From positions 1 through 52,228 of the forward strand of contig SXYE01000052.1 of assembly GCA_005789325.1 (NCBI GenBank): 52,228 nt of DNA, written 5' to 3'. Origin of the DNA: Actinomycetota bacterium (lineage in GTDB: Bacteria > Actinomycetota > Actinomycetes > S36-B12 > UBA5976). Position numbers and translations under genes: made by a program. The notes beneath the pieces are model-generated. The model searched no databases. It worked only from the letters and a program-made list of their open reading frames with translations, and had not been told where the DNA came from. This document shows positions 18,929 to 29,942 of this stretch, one piece after another; within the stretch, counting starts at the first letter, position 1; every line of letters starts with the position of its first letter.

Positions 18929-20818
18929 TTATGCTCCCATTCCCAGTTGCACTAATTCTTCTGGCAATAAGTATTTACTTAATTCCTCTTGTTCAAACAG
19001 GTTTGCAAGTTCTTTTGGCATTGGTGGTATTGATTCAATCTTGGTCTCAATTTTGCTTCCATTCCAGGAAGTAATAACGTGTTTTGGTCTCCAGTTTTTA
19101 TCCATAGTTGGAAAATCATTTCGAGTGTGGCCACCGCGAGATTCCTCTCTTACCAACGCACTTTTAGCGATTGATTCGCTCACTAGCAACATGTTTTCTA
19201 AATCAAGGGCCAAGTGCCAGCCAGGGTTAAATTGTCTTCCACCTTTAACGGTTACATTCTTAGCACGTTTCTTTAGGTCTTCTAGTTTTGATATTGCTTC
19301 AATCATTTCTTTACCATCACGAATAATTCCTACAAGATCATTCATTACTTGCTGCAGTTCTTGGTGGACAGCATAAGGATTTTCATTACTTGTGCCATTA
19401 AATGGGGCAGTTGCTTTACTTAATGCATTTTCTATAACTTGTTCAGAAACCTTTGGCTTATTTGATAGGGACTTAACATAGGCACTTGCACCTACACCTG
19501 CACGACGACCAAAAACTAATAAATCAGATAGTGAATTTCCACCCAATCTATTTGAACCATGCATCCCACCGGCAACTTCTCCGGCAGCAAATAGACCAGT
19601 TACACCTATTGCAGCACCTGTGTCGGGATCAACTTGGATTCCACCCATTACATAGTGACATGTTGGTCCAACTTCCATAGGTTGCTTAGTTATGTCAACA
19701 TCTGCTAATTCTTTAAATTGATGCCACATTGAAGGCAATCTCTTTTTAATTACTTCTGGTTTTAGACGTGTTGAAACATCTAAGAAAACACCTCCGTGAG
19801 GTGAACCTCGTCCTGCTTTTACTTCAGCATTAATTGCACGAGCTACTTCATCTCTTGGTAATAGCTCTGGTGGTCTTCTATTTGAATCAGGGTTTTCATA
19901 CCAGCCATCTGCTTCAGTTTCTGTTTCTGCATATTTATCTTTGAATACTGCAGGAATGTAATTAAACATAAATCTTTTACCTTCAGAGTTCTTCAAAACT
20001 CCACCATCACCACGAACTGATTCTGTTACTAAAATTCCTTTAACACTTGGTGGCCAAACCATGCCAGTTGGATGAAATTGCACAAATTCCATGTGCATTA
20101 AATTTCCACCAGCTTTTAAAGCTAGTGCGTGACCATCACCAGTGCCTTCCCATGAATTGGAAGTTACTTTGAATGATTTACCAATTCCACCAGTTGCTAA
20201 CACAACAGCTGGTGCTTGGAATAAAACAAATTTTCCATTTTCTCGCCAATATCCCAAAACTCCTGAAACCTTGTCATCGGTTTTGAGAATTTCAGTAACT
20301 GTTAATTCTGCAAAAACTTTGATTCTTGATTCGTAATCGCCAGATTCTTTGAAGTCTTCTTGTTGTAGGGAAACGATCTTTTGTTGCAGTGTTCTGATTA
20401 ATTCCAAACCTGTGCGATCACCAACGTGGGCTAGGCGTGGATATTCATGTCCACCAAAGTTTCTTTGGCTGATTTTTCCATCTGGTGTTCGATCAAAAAG
20501 GGCACCATAAGTTTCTAATTCCCAAACGCGATCTGGTGATTCCTTGGCGTGAAGTTCAGCCATTCTCCAATGATTTTGAAATTTTCCACCACGCATGGTG
20601 TCACGAAAGTGCACCTGCCAGTTGTCATTTGAGTTCACATTTCCCATAGATGCAGCAATGCCACCTTCGGCCATTACAGTGTGAGCTTTTCCAAAAAGTG
20701 ATTTACAAATAATTGCTGTCTTTAATCCGCTGGCACGAGATTCAATGGCAGCACGAAGCCCAGCTCCGCCTGCTCCAACAATCACAACATCAAAGTCGTG
20801 ACGTTCAATTTCGGTCAT
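18929..20818 (-). CDS. sdhA: succinate dehydrogenase/fumarate reductase flavoprotein subunit
   Basis: VVIVGAGGAGLRAA FAD fold, HTVMAEGGIA (covalent-FAD His region), HPTG, SRGGHTR. 629 aa. Confidence 0.95.
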   Translation of the reverse strand: MTEIERHDFDVVIVGAGGAGLRAAIESRASGLKTAIICKSLFGKAHTVMAEGGIAASMGNVNSNDNWQVHFRDTMRGGKFQNHWRMAELHAKESPDRVWELETYGALFDRTPDGKISQRNFGGHEYPRLAHVGDRTGLELIRTLQQKIVSLQQEDFKESGDYESRIKVFAELTVTEILKTDDKVSGVLGYWRENGKFVLFQAPAVVLATGGIGKSFKVTSNSWEGTGDGHALALKAGGNLMHMEFVQFHPTGMVWPPSVKGILVTESVRGDGGVLKNSEGKRFMFNYIPAVFKDKYAETETEADGWYENPDSNRRPPELLPRDEVARAINAEVKAGRGSPHGGVFLDVSTRLKPEVIKKRLPSMWHQFKELADVDITKQPMEVGPTCHYVMGGIQVDPDTGAAIGVTGLFAAGEVAGGMHGSNRLGGNSLSDLLVFGRRAGVGASAYVKSLSNKPKVSEQVIENALSKATAPFNGTSNENPYAVHQELQQVMNDLVGIIRDGKEMIEAISKLEDLKKRAKNVTVKGGRQFNPGWHLALDLENMLLVSESIAKSALVREESRGGHTRNDFPTMDKNWRPKHVITSWNGSKIETKIESIPPMPKELANLFEQEELSKYLLPEELVQLGMGA

Positions 20819-20827
20819 TATTCCCCT

Positions 20828-21634
20828 TTAGAAGAAATAGAAATTAGTGATTGCTCCACTTGCCACTTGTCTTACGTAAAGATCACATAAGGCCACACCA
20901 ATTAAAGAGATCCATGCATATTTTGGATGATCAGCGTTTAATCTAGAAACTATTGTCCAAGTCTTGTATCTAATTGGATTCTTGCTGAAATGCTTTAATT
21001 TACCGCCTAAAATATGTCGACATGAATGACAAGACAAAGAATAAAGCCAAAGGAAAGTGGCATTTGCTAAGAGAACTAATGTGCCCACACTCATGTGGCC
21101 CCATTGTCCTTCAGCGTTTTTAAACGAAATTATTGCGTCATAAGTTAGCAAGACGTTAAAGGCTAATCCAGCAATAAAAAAGTAGCGATGTGAGTTTTGT
21201 AAAATTAGCGGTGATTTTGTTTCACCCGAATAGGATTTGTGAGGTTCAGCAACTGCACAACTTGGTGGTGATAACCAAAATGAACGGTAATAAGTTTTTC
21301 GGTAGTAATAACAAGTTAATCTAAAACCTAATGGGAATGCCAAGATAAGTAGTGCAGGAGATAGAACCCACCAAGTTCCAATTGGTTGTCCAATATGTGA
21401 AGCACCTTCAATACAACTAGCAGCAAGACATGGTGAATAAAAAGGTGAAATTAAAGGTTCAACAAAATAATACTTATTTTCGAAAGCTCTAAAAGTTGAA
21501 TAAATAATGAATGAGACTAAAACAAATACAGAAATTGCTGGCTGTAGCCACCACTTGTCTATTCTTAAATGGCGTAAACCAATTTTGGCTCGGGTTGAAG
21601 ATTCAACCCCTCGATCTAGCGAACTAATTGCCAT
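20828..21634 (-). CDS. sdhC: succinate dehydrogenase membrane anchor / cytochrome b subunit (single large subunit type)
   Basis: 268 aa with about 5 TM helices and conserved His residues. First gene of a three-gene minus-strand operon with sdhA and sdhB. Resembles the mycobacterial Sdh2-type arrangement (from memory). Confidence 0.7.
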   Translation of the reverse strand: MAISSLDRGVESSTRAKIGLRHLRIDKWWLQPAISVFVLVSFIIYSTFRAFENKYYFVEPLISPFYSPCLAASCIEGASHIGQPIGTWWVLSPALLILAFPLGFRLTCYYYRKTYYRSFWLSPPSCAVAEPHKSYSGETKSPLILQNSHRYFFIAGLAFNVLLTYDAIISFKNAEGQWGHMSVGTLVLLANATFLWLYSLSCHSCRHILGGKLKHFSKNPIRYKTWTIVSRLNADHPKYAWISLIGVALCDLYVRQVASGAITNFYFF

Positions 21635-21722
21635 GAGCCTGAGTTTAGTGCGAAAGCCCCTAGGCCTGCATATTCAAAAGTTGTTCAATTGGATGTGAAA
21701 TGTCACACAAGAAAAGCCAAGC

Positions 21723-23513
21723 TTACGAAGAACTAGAGTCCCTAATTTCTAACAAAACTGCACCGTTTGCAACAGATGCACCAACCTCAACAGAAAGTTC
21801 ACTTACAACCCCACCTTTATGAGCGTTTATGGGTTGTTCCATTTTCATGGCCTCAATAACAAACAAAAGTTCACCTTCGGAAACACTTTGCCCATTTTTT
21901 ACAGCAATCTTTACAACCGTTCCTTGCATCGGACTTTGAACAGCATCGGAGTCAAGGGCTCCCAAGGTTGTTCTTTGGTGTCTGGCAACTGGTGGTTTCT
22001 TTTGTTTAACTCCACCAGAAGTCAAACCATTTGGCATGGTTATTTCAATGCGCTTTCCATTTATTTCAAGAACAAGTGAAGATCTCTCATCAGTTGTTGT
22101 GGGTAAAGATGAATCTTTGTATTGCGGAATCTGATTATTAAATTCATTTTCTATCCAACTTGTGTAAATGCTAAATTTTTGTAGCGAATCATCGGGAGCA
22201 AATGCTGGATCATCTAATACAGCACGATGAAATGGAAGAGCTGTGGCAATTCCTTCAACTTCAAATTCACTCAAAGCCCTTTTTGCTCTTTCAATTGCTT
22301 CTTTTCTAGTTGAGCCGGTAACAATTAATTTAGCAAGTAAAGAATCAAAGTTTCCACCAATTACATCACCCTTTTTAAAACCAGCGTCAACTCTTACTCC
22401 AGTGCCACTTGGTTCTTTCCAAACTTTAAGTTGACCAGGGGCAGGTAAGAAATTTCTTCCTGGATCTTCACCGTTTATTCTAAATTCAATACTGTGACCA
22501 TTAATTATTGGATCGTGATAGCCAAGTTTTTCTCCACTTGCAATTCTTATTTGTTCACGAACTAAATCAATTCCAGTAACTTCTTCACTAACTGGATGTT
22601 CCACTTGTAATCTTGTGTTTACTTCGAGAAATGAAATTGTTCCATCTTGTCCGATTAAGAATTCACAAGTTCCAGCACCTTCATAAGATGCTTCTTTAAG
22701 AATTGCTTTTGAGGAATCATAAAGTTGTCGTCTTTGATCATCTGTTAAGAATGGGGCAGGAGCTTCTTCTACTAGTTTTTGGTGTCTTCTTTGCAACGAG
22801 CAATCTCTAGTTGAAACCACAACAACGTTGCCGAATTTATCTGCCAAACATTGAGTTTCCACATGTCGTGGTCGATCTAAATATCTTTCAACAAAACATT
22901 CACCTCGACCAAAAGCTGCTGTTGCTTCTCTTACAGCTGATTCATAAAGTTCAACTATTTCTTCTTGATTACGAGCAACTTTTAATCCACGCCCACCGCC
23001 ACCAAAAGCTGCTTTAATCGCAATTGGTAAACCATGTTTTGTGGCAAATTCAACAACTTCTTGAGCATTATTTACAGGATCTTTGGTTCCAGGAACTAGT
23101 GGTGCTCCAACTTTGGCAGCAATATGTCGAGCTTGCACTTTGTCACCTAAAGACTTAATTGCAGCAGGTGGTGGGCCAATCCAAACTAATCCTGCGTCAA
23201 TAACACTTTGAGCAAACTCGGCATTTTCAGAAAGAAAACCATAACCAGGGTGTATTGCATCAGCACCAGATCTTTTAGCAATTTCAAGAATCTTTGGAAT
23301 TGAAAGGTAAGTTTCAGAAGCAAGGCTTCCATTTAATGAATATGCTTCATCAGCATGTAATACATGTAGCGCATCTCTATCCGATTCAGCATAAATTGCC
23401 ACACTTGAGATTCCTTCATCTTTACAAGCTCTAGCAACGCGAACTGCAATTTCACCACGGTTTGCAATAAGTATTTTTGTAATTGAAATGTTTTGTGAGC
23501 CAGATTTAGCCAT
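21723..23513 (-). CDS. accA: acetyl/propionyl-CoA carboxylase alpha subunit (biotin carboxylase + BCCP)
   Basis: 596 aa. [13 protein letters not shown], an ATP-grasp core, and a C-terminal biotinyl motif IEAMKME. Confidence 0.9.
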   Translation of the reverse strand: MAKSGSQNISITKILIANRGEIAVRVARACKDEGISSVAIYAESDRDALHVLHADEAYSLNGSLASETYLSIPKILEIAKRSGADAIHPGYGFLSENAEFAQSVIDAGLVWIGPPPAAIKSLGDKVQARHIAAKVGAPLVPGTKDPVNNAQEVVEFATKHGLPIAIKAAFGGGGRGLKVARNQEEIVELYESAVREATAAFGRGECFVERYLDRPRHVETQCLADKFGNVVVVSTRDCSLQRRHQKLVEEAPAPFLTDDQRRQLYDSSKAILKEASYEGAGTCEFLIGQDGTISFLEVNTRLQVEHPVSEEVTGIDLVREQIRIASGEKLGYHDPIINGHSIEFRINGEDPGRNFLPAPGQLKVWKEPSGTGVRVDAGFKKGDVIGGNFDSLLAKLIVTGSTRKEAIERAKRALSEFEVEGIATALPFHRAVLDDPAFAPDDSLQKFSIYTSWIENEFNNQIPQYKDSSLPTTTDERSSLVLEINGKRIEITMPNGLTSGGVKQKKPPVARHQRTTLGALDSDAVQSPMQGTVVKIAVKNGQSVSEGELLFVIEAMKMEQPINAHKGGVVSELSVEVGASVANGAVLLEIRDSSSS

Positions 23514-23524
23514 GATTTGTTACT

Positions 23525-24142
23525 TTATGCCATTTCCCATAGAGAAGTCCAAGAGAGTCCAAGATCACGAACAATTTCTCGAAGCGTGGGAAGTGATAAC
23601 CCAACTACGTTGCTGTGGTCGCCCTGAACTTGTGTAACAAAAGCTGCGCCTAAAGAATCCAATGTAAAAGCACCAGCAACTTGTAAAGGTTCACCTGAGG
23701 CAACATATGCAACTATTTCTTCGTCATCAACGTTAGCAAATTGAACTTTTGTTGAAACTACTCTTGAAATTGTTTGCTTATTATCTAAACGAATAACTGT
23801 ATGCCCGGTATGTAAAATTCCAGATTTTCCACGCATTTGTTTCCAGCGCTCAATAGCATTATTGGCATTCAAGGGTTTACCAAAACTTTTGGATTCAAAT
23901 TCAAGCATAGAATCTGCAGCAATCAAAACACCCTTATCTAATGAAAGATTATTCTCCAGAACATAATTTGCTTTAGAAATTGAAAGTTTTTCAACAATTA
24001 CTTCAGTTGATTGACATTTGTGTTCCTCTTCGATTTGTTTTTCATTTATTTCTGAAGGAATAACAATTGGATTAATTTTTTGGCTTCGAAGAAGCATCAA
24101 TCTGGCAGGGGAGGCAGACGCCAGGATTACCGGAAAACTCAT
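23525..24142 (-). CDS. maf: Maf-like nucleoside triphosphate pyrophosphatase
   Basis: ILASASPARL N-terminal motif. I place the start at the ATG at 24142, which forms an ATGA overlap with the accE stop. The ORF is open to 24169. Confidence 0.85.
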   Translation of the reverse strand: MSFPVILASASPARLMLLRSQKINPIVIPSEINEKQIEEEHKCQSTEVIVEKLSISKANYVLENNLSLDKGVLIAADSMLEFESKSFGKPLNANNAIERWKQMRGKSGILHTGHTVIRLDNKQTISRVVSTKVQFANVDDEEIVAYVASGEPLQVAGAFTLDSLGAAFVTQVQGDHSNVVGLSLPTLREIVRDLGLSWTSLWEMA

Positions 24143-24354
24143 GCTCCAGAAAGGTAGGAGTATTGCCAACCGCTGGTTAGGTGTGGAGTATTTCTAAATC
24201 TAAATTGAGGACTATTCCAGTTACTTATTCTCTTTTTCTGTTTACCTAATTCTTCAGATGAATTCTTTGCTACCTGTAGTGCAACATGAATGGCAGCTAT
24301 TTCTTCTGAACTTGGATTGCCTCGAAGAACTGTAAATTCAAGTGGTTTGGTCAT
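24139..24354 (-). CDS. accE: acyl-CoA carboxylase epsilon subunit
   Basis: 71 aa. [22 protein letters not shown] is the typical AccE N-terminus. ATGA overlaps with both accD (upstream) and maf (downstream). Confidence 0.65.
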   Translation of the reverse strand: MTKPLEFTVLRGNPSSEEIAAIHVALQVAKNSSEELGKQKKRISNWNSPQFRFRNTPHLTSGWQYSYLSGA

Positions 24355-25940
24355 AATGGAATATTTCCGTGTTTCTTAGGAGGCATTGATTCACGTTTGG
24401 TAATTAGTTGGCGAAGTCCTCTAATAATTCTGATTCTGGTTTCACTTGGAGCAATCACTGCATCAATCCAGCCACGTTCTGCTGCCACATAAGGATTATC
24501 AAATGCTTCTTCGTACTCACTGATTTTGTCGGCACGCTCTGCTACAGGATCTTTTGCAGCAGTGATTTCTTTTCTAAACAAAATATTTACCGCACCTTGG
24601 GCACCCATCACAGCAACTTGAGCAGTTGGCCAAGCCAGATTTAAGTCAGCACCTAAATGTTTTGATCCCATAACAATGTATGCACCGCCATAGGCTTTTC
24701 TGGTAATTACGGTGATTAATGGAACTGTTGCTTCGGCGTAAGCATAAATTAATTTGGCACCTCGTCTAATAATTCCGCCATACTCTTGATCAACACCAGG
24801 TAAAAATCCTGGAACATCAACAAAAGTAATGATTGGAATATTGAAAGCATCGCAAGTTCTTACAAAGCGCGCAGCTTTTTCTGAAGCTTCAATGTCTAAA
24901 GTTCCAGCAAATTGCATTGGTTGATTTGCAACAATGCCAACACTTTGTCCTTCAATGCGACCAAATCCAACCATGATGTTTGGAGCCCAACCACCATGAA
25001 TTTCGAAGAATTCATCATCATCTAAAACATGTTTAACTAAAACGTGCATGTCATAAGGTTGATTTGGAGAGTCGGGAACTAATGAATCCATTTCTAAGTC
25101 ATGTTGGTTAACTTGCAGATCTACTTTTGATTCAAAATGTTGGGAAGGTTCAGCGTTATTTGAAGGCAAGAAACTCAAAAGTGTTCTCACATAATCCAAA
25201 GCATCATCCTCATCGTTTGCCATGTAATGAGCTACACCAGATTTTGTGGCGTGTGCTCTTGCTCCACCTAAGTCTTCAAAGGAAACTTCTTCACCAGTTA
25301 CAGTTTTAATAACGTCTGGACCAGTAATAAACATGTGTGATGTTTTATCAACCATTACAACAAAATCAGTTAGGGCCGGGGAATAAACAGCTCCACCAGC
25401 GCAAGGTCCCATAATTATGGAAATTTGTGGAATAACACCTGATGCTCTGGTATTTCTTAAAAATATTTCTCCATACATTGCAAGGGATGCAACACCTTCT
25501 TGAATTCTTGCTCCACCAGAATCGTTAATACCAACAATTGGTGCACCAGATTTGATTGCTAAATCCATTAACTTAACAATTTTTCCACCCATTGCTTCAC
25601 CTAAAGAGCCACCCATGGCAGTGAAGTCTTGGGAATAAACATAAACAGGTCGACCATCAACTGTTCCGAATCCAATAATTACACCGTCTCCTGCTGGACG
25701 ATTTTTATCCATACCGAAATTATTTTTTTGATGCCTTACTAATTCATCTATTTCTTGAAATGATTCAGGATCAAGTAGTGAAGCTAATCTTTCACGAGCA
25801 CTTTGCTTGCCTTTGGCATGCTGCTTTGTAATGGATTCATTGGCTTGGTCAACGTGGATTTCTTTTTTAATTTGCGCTAAGTGAGCCAATTTTGACGCGG
25901 TGGTACGAGGATTTGCACCGTCACTGGACTTTTTACCCAC
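24351..25940 (-). CDS. accD: acyl-CoA carboxylase beta subunit (carboxyltransferase; AccD5/PccB-like)
   Basis: 529 aa. GTG start. Two crotonase-like CT halves ([26 protein letters not shown]; YGGAYIVMG). Confidence 0.9.
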   Translation of the reverse strand: MGKKSSDGANPRTTASKLAHLAQIKKEIHVDQANESITKQHAKGKQSARERLASLLDPESFQEIDELVRHQKNNFGMDKNRPAGDGVIIGFGTVDGRPVYVYSQDFTAMGGSLGEAMGGKIVKLMDLAIKSGAPIVGINDSGGARIQEGVASLAMYGEIFLRNTRASGVIPQISIIMGPCAGGAVYSPALTDFVVMVDKTSHMFITGPDVIKTVTGEEVSFEDLGGARAHATKSGVAHYMANDEDDALDYVRTLLSFLPSNNAEPSQHFESKVDLQVNQHDLEMDSLVPDSPNQPYDMHVLVKHVLDDDEFFEIHGGWAPNIMVGFGRIEGQSVGIVANQPMQFAGTLDIEASEKAARFVRTCDAFNIPIITFVDVPGFLPGVDQEYGGIIRRGAKLIYAYAEATVPLITVITRKAYGGAYIVMGSKHLGADLNLAWPTAQVAVMGAQGAVNILFRKEITAAKDPVAERADKISEYEEAFDNPYVAAERGWIDAVIAPSETRIRIIRGLRQLITKRESMPPKKHGNIPL

Positions 25941-25983
25941 GTGGTCCTCTCTAAGAAAAAGGCTCTTGTCGTACGGTAACAGT

Positions 25984-26793
25984 GTGACGGGATTTTTGAA
26001 GAATCGAGCACCTCTTGATGCTCAAATTTTGGAGCGCGAACTGCGCTTTCGACAGTGTTTATGGCAAAACGCCATTTTAAAAGATGAAGTCACTTCAACT
26101 AACGATATTGCCAAAGAATTAGTAAATAACCAAACAGTAGAAGGAACATTTGTTGTAGCTAATTTTCAATCCAAGGGAAGAGGTAGACAAGATAGAACTT
26201 GGGAAGCTCCAAAGAATTCTTCAATTTTCATCTCAATTATTTTAAAACCAAATAATCAAAATGAGATTGGTTGGATTCCTTTACTAATTGGACTGTGTCT
26301 ATTTAAGTCACTTGAGTCAGAAACCAGGAAAAACATTAAAATAAAGTGGCCTAATGATCTTGTGCTAGTTGAATCAGACAAAGTATTCAAGTTTGCTGGA
26401 ATCTTGTTAGAAAAACACAAAGATTATGTAATTGCTGGAGTTGGTATAAATTTTGATCAGGAGTTAAATGAATTACCAATTAAAAATTCTACATCGCTTA
26501 AAGCATTTTTACAAAATGATTTATCTAAAGAATCAATAATTGCTCAGTTCATCAGCGAGTTAGGCGCAAGATGGACTGAGGAAAATAATGCTCAAGCTAG
26601 TCCAACTCCTTCACTTGCCAGAGAGTACAAAACTAATTGCTTAACAATTGGGAGCCAAATCACTGCTCAACTACCTGGGGGAGAAAGTTTCAAAGCAGAG
26701 GCTATGGATATATCCAAAACGGGTGAACTAATTGTTGAAACAACGGAAGGTTTAAGAAATTTAAGTTCTGCCGATATCCATTTAATTAGTTAA
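25984..26793 (+). CDS. birA: biotin--[acetyl-CoA-carboxylase] ligase (group I, no HTH)
   Basis: [12 protein letters not shown] (the GRGRxGRxW motif). The ORF is open from a GTG at 25900, but that start would overlap the divergent accD by 41 nt. The in-frame GTG at 25984 is more plausible. Start uncertain. Confidence 0.85.
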   Translation: MTGFLKNRAPLDAQILERELRFRQCLWQNAILKDEVTSTNDIAKELVNNQTVEGTFVVANFQSKGRGRQDRTWEAPKNSSIFISIILKPNNQNEIGWIPLLIGLCLFKSLESETRKNIKIKWPNDLVLVESDKVFKFAGILLEKHKDYVIAGVGINFDQELNELPIKNSTSLKAFLQNDLSKESIIAQFISELGARWTEENNAQASPTPSLAREYKTNCLTIGSQITAQLPGGESFKAEAMDISKTGELIVETTEGLRNLSSADIHLIS

Positions 26794-26803
26794 GATTTGG
26801 ACT

Positions 26804-27781
26804 ATGACCAATAAATCACATTTTCCGATTGTGGGAATAATTGGCGGCAGTCAAATTGCGCGAATGTTAATAGAGGCAGCAACTCGACTAAACATAGACA
26901 TAAAAATACTTTGTAAAGATTCGCAAGAAAGTGCTGCACTAATAGCAAATAGCGTCAGTGTTGGTGATACAAATAATTACGCTGAATTAACTAAGTTCGC
27001 CCTTGATACTGAAGTAATTACTTTTGATGCGTATGAGTTTTCACTTGAAAACTTAAAGAAACTTGAAGAGCAAGGTCAATTATTTAGACCAAGTCTTTCA
27101 ACTATTGAAAATTTACAAGATACAAACTTTATTCGACAATCTTTATTGGATGCCGGACTTGTCGTAAAAGATGATGAAGTGAAATTTGTAAGAGAGTTGA
27201 GTTTGCAAGTTGCGCGCTCTCCTCATGGACAAAGTGTGGTTTACCCGGTTTCTCAGATTAAGAGAATTGATGGTGTTTTGGACGAAGTGATAACTCCTGC
27301 ACCTAATTTATCTGATAACTATGCAAGTGAATTGCAGTCAATTGCATTACAAATTTCGGAACTTTTCAAAATTGTTGGTATTTTTTCCGTTGAATTCATA
27401 GACACTGGAAATAACGAATTCTTTATAAGTCAAATCAAATTAGGTCCCACTAATTCAGGTCATTGGACTATTGATGGTGCTACTACCTCACAATTTGAAA
27501 ACCATTTACGTGCAATTCTTGATTTACCCTTAGGAAGTCCTAATTTAGTTGCGCCCTTTACTGTGATGGTTAATGTTTTGGGTGGTCAGTATTTAGATAT
27601 GTATAAACCATTTTTGCACTGTATGGCTCACGATCCAGAGTTAAGAATTCATCTTTACGGCAAAAAAGTTAAAGAAGGAAGAAAAGTCGGACACGTAAAT
27701 ATAAGTGGCGATGATGTGGTAGATCTTTTAGAAAGAGCTCATCATGCTGCTGATTATCTAACAGGCAGAATTACTGAGTAA
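26804..27781 (+). CDS. PurK-like protein (N5-CAIR synthase homologue) lacking the ATP-grasp lid; probably not a functional PurK
   Basis: The N- and C-terminal PurK regions are clear (VGIIGGSQIARML; ELSLQVARSPHG; NSGHWT; SQFENHLRAILDLPLG; GRKVGHVNI). The roughly 55-aa segment with the G-G-Y-D-G-K-G-Q loop is missing, and the NELAPR motif reads SQIKLGP. Confidence 0.7.
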   Translation: MTNKSHFPIVGIIGGSQIARMLIEAATRLNIDIKILCKDSQESAALIANSVSVGDTNNYAELTKFALDTEVITFDAYEFSLENLKKLEEQGQLFRPSLSTIENLQDTNFIRQSLLDAGLVVKDDEVKFVRELSLQVARSPHGQSVVYPVSQIKRIDGVLDEVITPAPNLSDNYASELQSIALQISELFKIVGIFSVEFIDTGNNEFFISQIKLGPTNSGHWTIDGATTSQFENHLRAILDLPLGSPNLVAPFTVMVNVLGGQYLDMYKPFLHCMAHDPELRIHLYGKKVKEGRKVGHVNISGDDVVDLLERAHHAADYLTGRITE

Positions 27782-28825
27782 TTATTTTGTTTCGAATGAA
27801 GGAATTTTTGTTCCTTCTTGGAGGGCAAGAAATACTTCTTTTGCATCTTCGGTAATAACTCTTGTTGAGCCTAGATTGCCAATGTTTCCACCAGATTTAT
27901 TAGGCAAGGTGGCCGCATCTATTCCACCACTTCTTAAAGCAAAAACAAGAGGTACTAAATCAAAAGGTCCCACACCTTTACTTACGGTGACAGCGTTTGC
28001 TATCGCAGAAACTGTTTGAGGTGCCCTTAATGGATTAAGAAGTGTAAATGGGGAAAGAGATTTTTTCACAATTTGAGTCACGACTTCTTGTTGTCTTTCA
28101 GTTCTTCCAATATCACCTTTAGGATCGGCATAACGCATTCGCGAATATGCCAAAGCAGTTAAGCCATCAACTTTCTGACAACCTTCTTTTATTTCCAATC
28201 CAGATTTTTTATCTGAGAAATCTTGAGATGGGCAAACTCTGATGCCATCAAAACTATTGACCACATTTACCAACCCGGCAAAGCCAATTTCTGCATAATT
28301 ATCCATCTGAACACCTACTAAGTTATCTACGGTCTTGACTGAAAGATTTGGTCCACCAAAGGCATAAGCTGCGTTGATTTTATTTTTCTTCTCACCTGTT
28401 TCGCCATGTGCTGGGATAGTTACTACTAAATCTCTTGGAATACTGGTTAGTTGAAGTGGTGTGCCAATTCGAGGAACACTCATTATCAAAATTGTGTCAC
28501 TTCGTTGACCTTCAAATTTACCTAAAGGTGCACCTTCTAATACTGGATCATCAATATCTTCACGAGAATCACTTCCTACAAGTAACCAAGTTTTTCCTGG
28601 GGATTTAGGAATTTCAGATTCAGCCCGATCAATCTCTATTTTATTTAATTGCACAAGTGCGATAAGTAATAGAAAAGCAAACCAGTATGCGAAAGCACCA
28701 AGAAAGACCCAAGTGATTTGTCTTTTGTTTAGACTCTTTGGTTTTTGGCTACCCCGAGTAGATTTTGATGCAGGTGACTTTGAGTCTCTGAACCATTCGT
28801 TAGGCAAACCATTTTTCTTCTCCAC
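27782..28825 (-). CDS. LytR-CpsA-Psr (LCP) family cell-wall glycopolymer ligase
   Basis: N-terminal TM (VFLGAFAYWFAFLLLIALV), LLVGSDSRE, SIPRDL, GDIGRTERQQEV. Confidence 0.85.
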   Translation of the reverse strand: MEKKNGLPNEWFRDSKSPASKSTRGSQKPKSLNKRQITWVFLGAFAYWFAFLLLIALVQLNKIEIDRAESEIPKSPGKTWLLVGSDSREDIDDPVLEGAPLGKFEGQRSDTILIMSVPRIGTPLQLTSIPRDLVVTIPAHGETGEKKNKINAAYAFGGPNLSVKTVDNLVGVQMDNYAEIGFAGLVNVVNSFDGIRVCPSQDFSDKKSGLEIKEGCQKVDGLTALAYSRMRYADPKGDIGRTERQQEVVTQIVKKSLSPFTLLNPLRAPQTVSAIANAVTVSKGVGPFDLVPLVFALRSGGIDAATLPNKSGGNIGNLGSTRVITEDAKEVFLALQEGTKIPSFETK

Positions 28826-28898
28826 GCAGACAATCGTATGATTTATTCAAGGATTTTTCTCATTATTCGACTAGCGTTGCTACTAAAGAAAGCAAAAA

Positions 28899-29891
28899 GT
28901 GGGTGAATCAATGTCAGAACCAGCAGTTTCTGTGATTATTCCTGTTTTGAATGAAGAAAGATTCTTAAAGCAATCTGTGCAGGCAGTTCTAAACCAGAAT
29001 TATTCTGGTGAGCTAGAAGTTATTTTAGCGCTAGGTCCATCAAAAGATCAGACAGATAAAATTGCGCAAGAATTAGCACAAGATAAAAGAATAAAGCTAG
29101 TAGAAAACCCAAGTGGTAAAACAGCATCAGCATTAAATAATGCAATTAAGAAATCAAATTTTGACATTATAGTTCGACTAGACGGACATGCAATTGTTGA
29201 TAATGAATACATAAAAAATGCAGTTAAGACTTTGTTGGACACAGGTGCTGACAACGTTGGTGGCTTGATGTCTGCTCAAGGTACAAATTCTTTTGAAAAA
29301 AGTGTTGCAGCTGCCATGACATCGAAATTCGGAGTAGGAAATGCTCCTTTTCATGTCGGTGGTAAATCTGGGGAAGTAGACACTGTTTACTTAGGAACAT
29401 TTAGGAAATCTGCTTTGCAAAGAGTTGGATATTTTGATGAGTCATTTATAAGGGCTCAAGATTGGGAAATGAATTATCGAATCAGAAAAACTGGTGGAAA
29501 AATTTGGTTCAACCCAGATCTTGTAGTGACCTATAGACCAAGAAAAAATCTTAGAGAATTAGCGAAACAATACTTTGAGTATGGTCAATGGAGAAAACAA
29601 GTTACAAAAACTTACCCAGAAACTGTTTCCTTAAGATATTTAGCGCCTCCAATCACTGTTTGTGGATTGTTTGCAGGATTCTTATTAGTTTTGATTTCAC
29701 AAATTTCAAATATTCAATGGCTGCAAATTGGATGGTTAGCACCAGGAGTTTATTTGGCCGTTATCTTGTTGGCATTTGTGACTATTAAATCCAAACTTAG
29801 TCTGATGAGTCGTCTATATTTACTGCTTGTTCTTCCAACTATGCATTTGTCATGGGGCGTTGGTTTCTTAAAAGGAAGCAAACGCCTGTAA
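28899..29891 (+). CDS. family-2 glycosyltransferase, ExoA-like, with C-terminal TM helices
   Basis: VSVIIPVLNEE, RLDGH, GVGNAPFHVGG...VDTVYLGTFRK, AQDWEMNYR. Three C-terminal hydrophobic segments. GTG at 28899 or ATG at 28911. Confidence 0.8.
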   Translation: MGESMSEPAVSVIIPVLNEERFLKQSVQAVLNQNYSGELEVILALGPSKDQTDKIAQELAQDKRIKLVENPSGKTASALNNAIKKSNFDIIVRLDGHAIVDNEYIKNAVKTLLDTGADNVGGLMSAQGTNSFEKSVAAAMTSKFGVGNAPFHVGGKSGEVDTVYLGTFRKSALQRVGYFDESFIRAQDWEMNYRIRKTGGKIWFNPDLVVTYRPRKNLRELAKQYFEYGQWRKQVTKTYPETVSLRYLAPPITVCGLFAGFLLVLISQISNIQWLQIGWLAPGVYLAVILLAFVTIKSKLSLMSRLYLLLVLPTMHLSWGVGFLKGSKRL

Positions 29892-29942
29892 CCTTGTACT
29901 CAACGCGATCACATCGGATAAGCGTGGAGGAGAACGAACCCT

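Noticed and set aside
21694-21707. TGTGA-AATG-TCACA upstream of the sdhCAB operon, resembling a CRP/GlxR site
   Set aside because: The half-sites are perfect, but the spacer is 4 nt rather than the canonical 6. Arms of 5 bp are easily found by chance. This is only worth revisiting if a genome-wide motif search finds the same spacing elsewhere.
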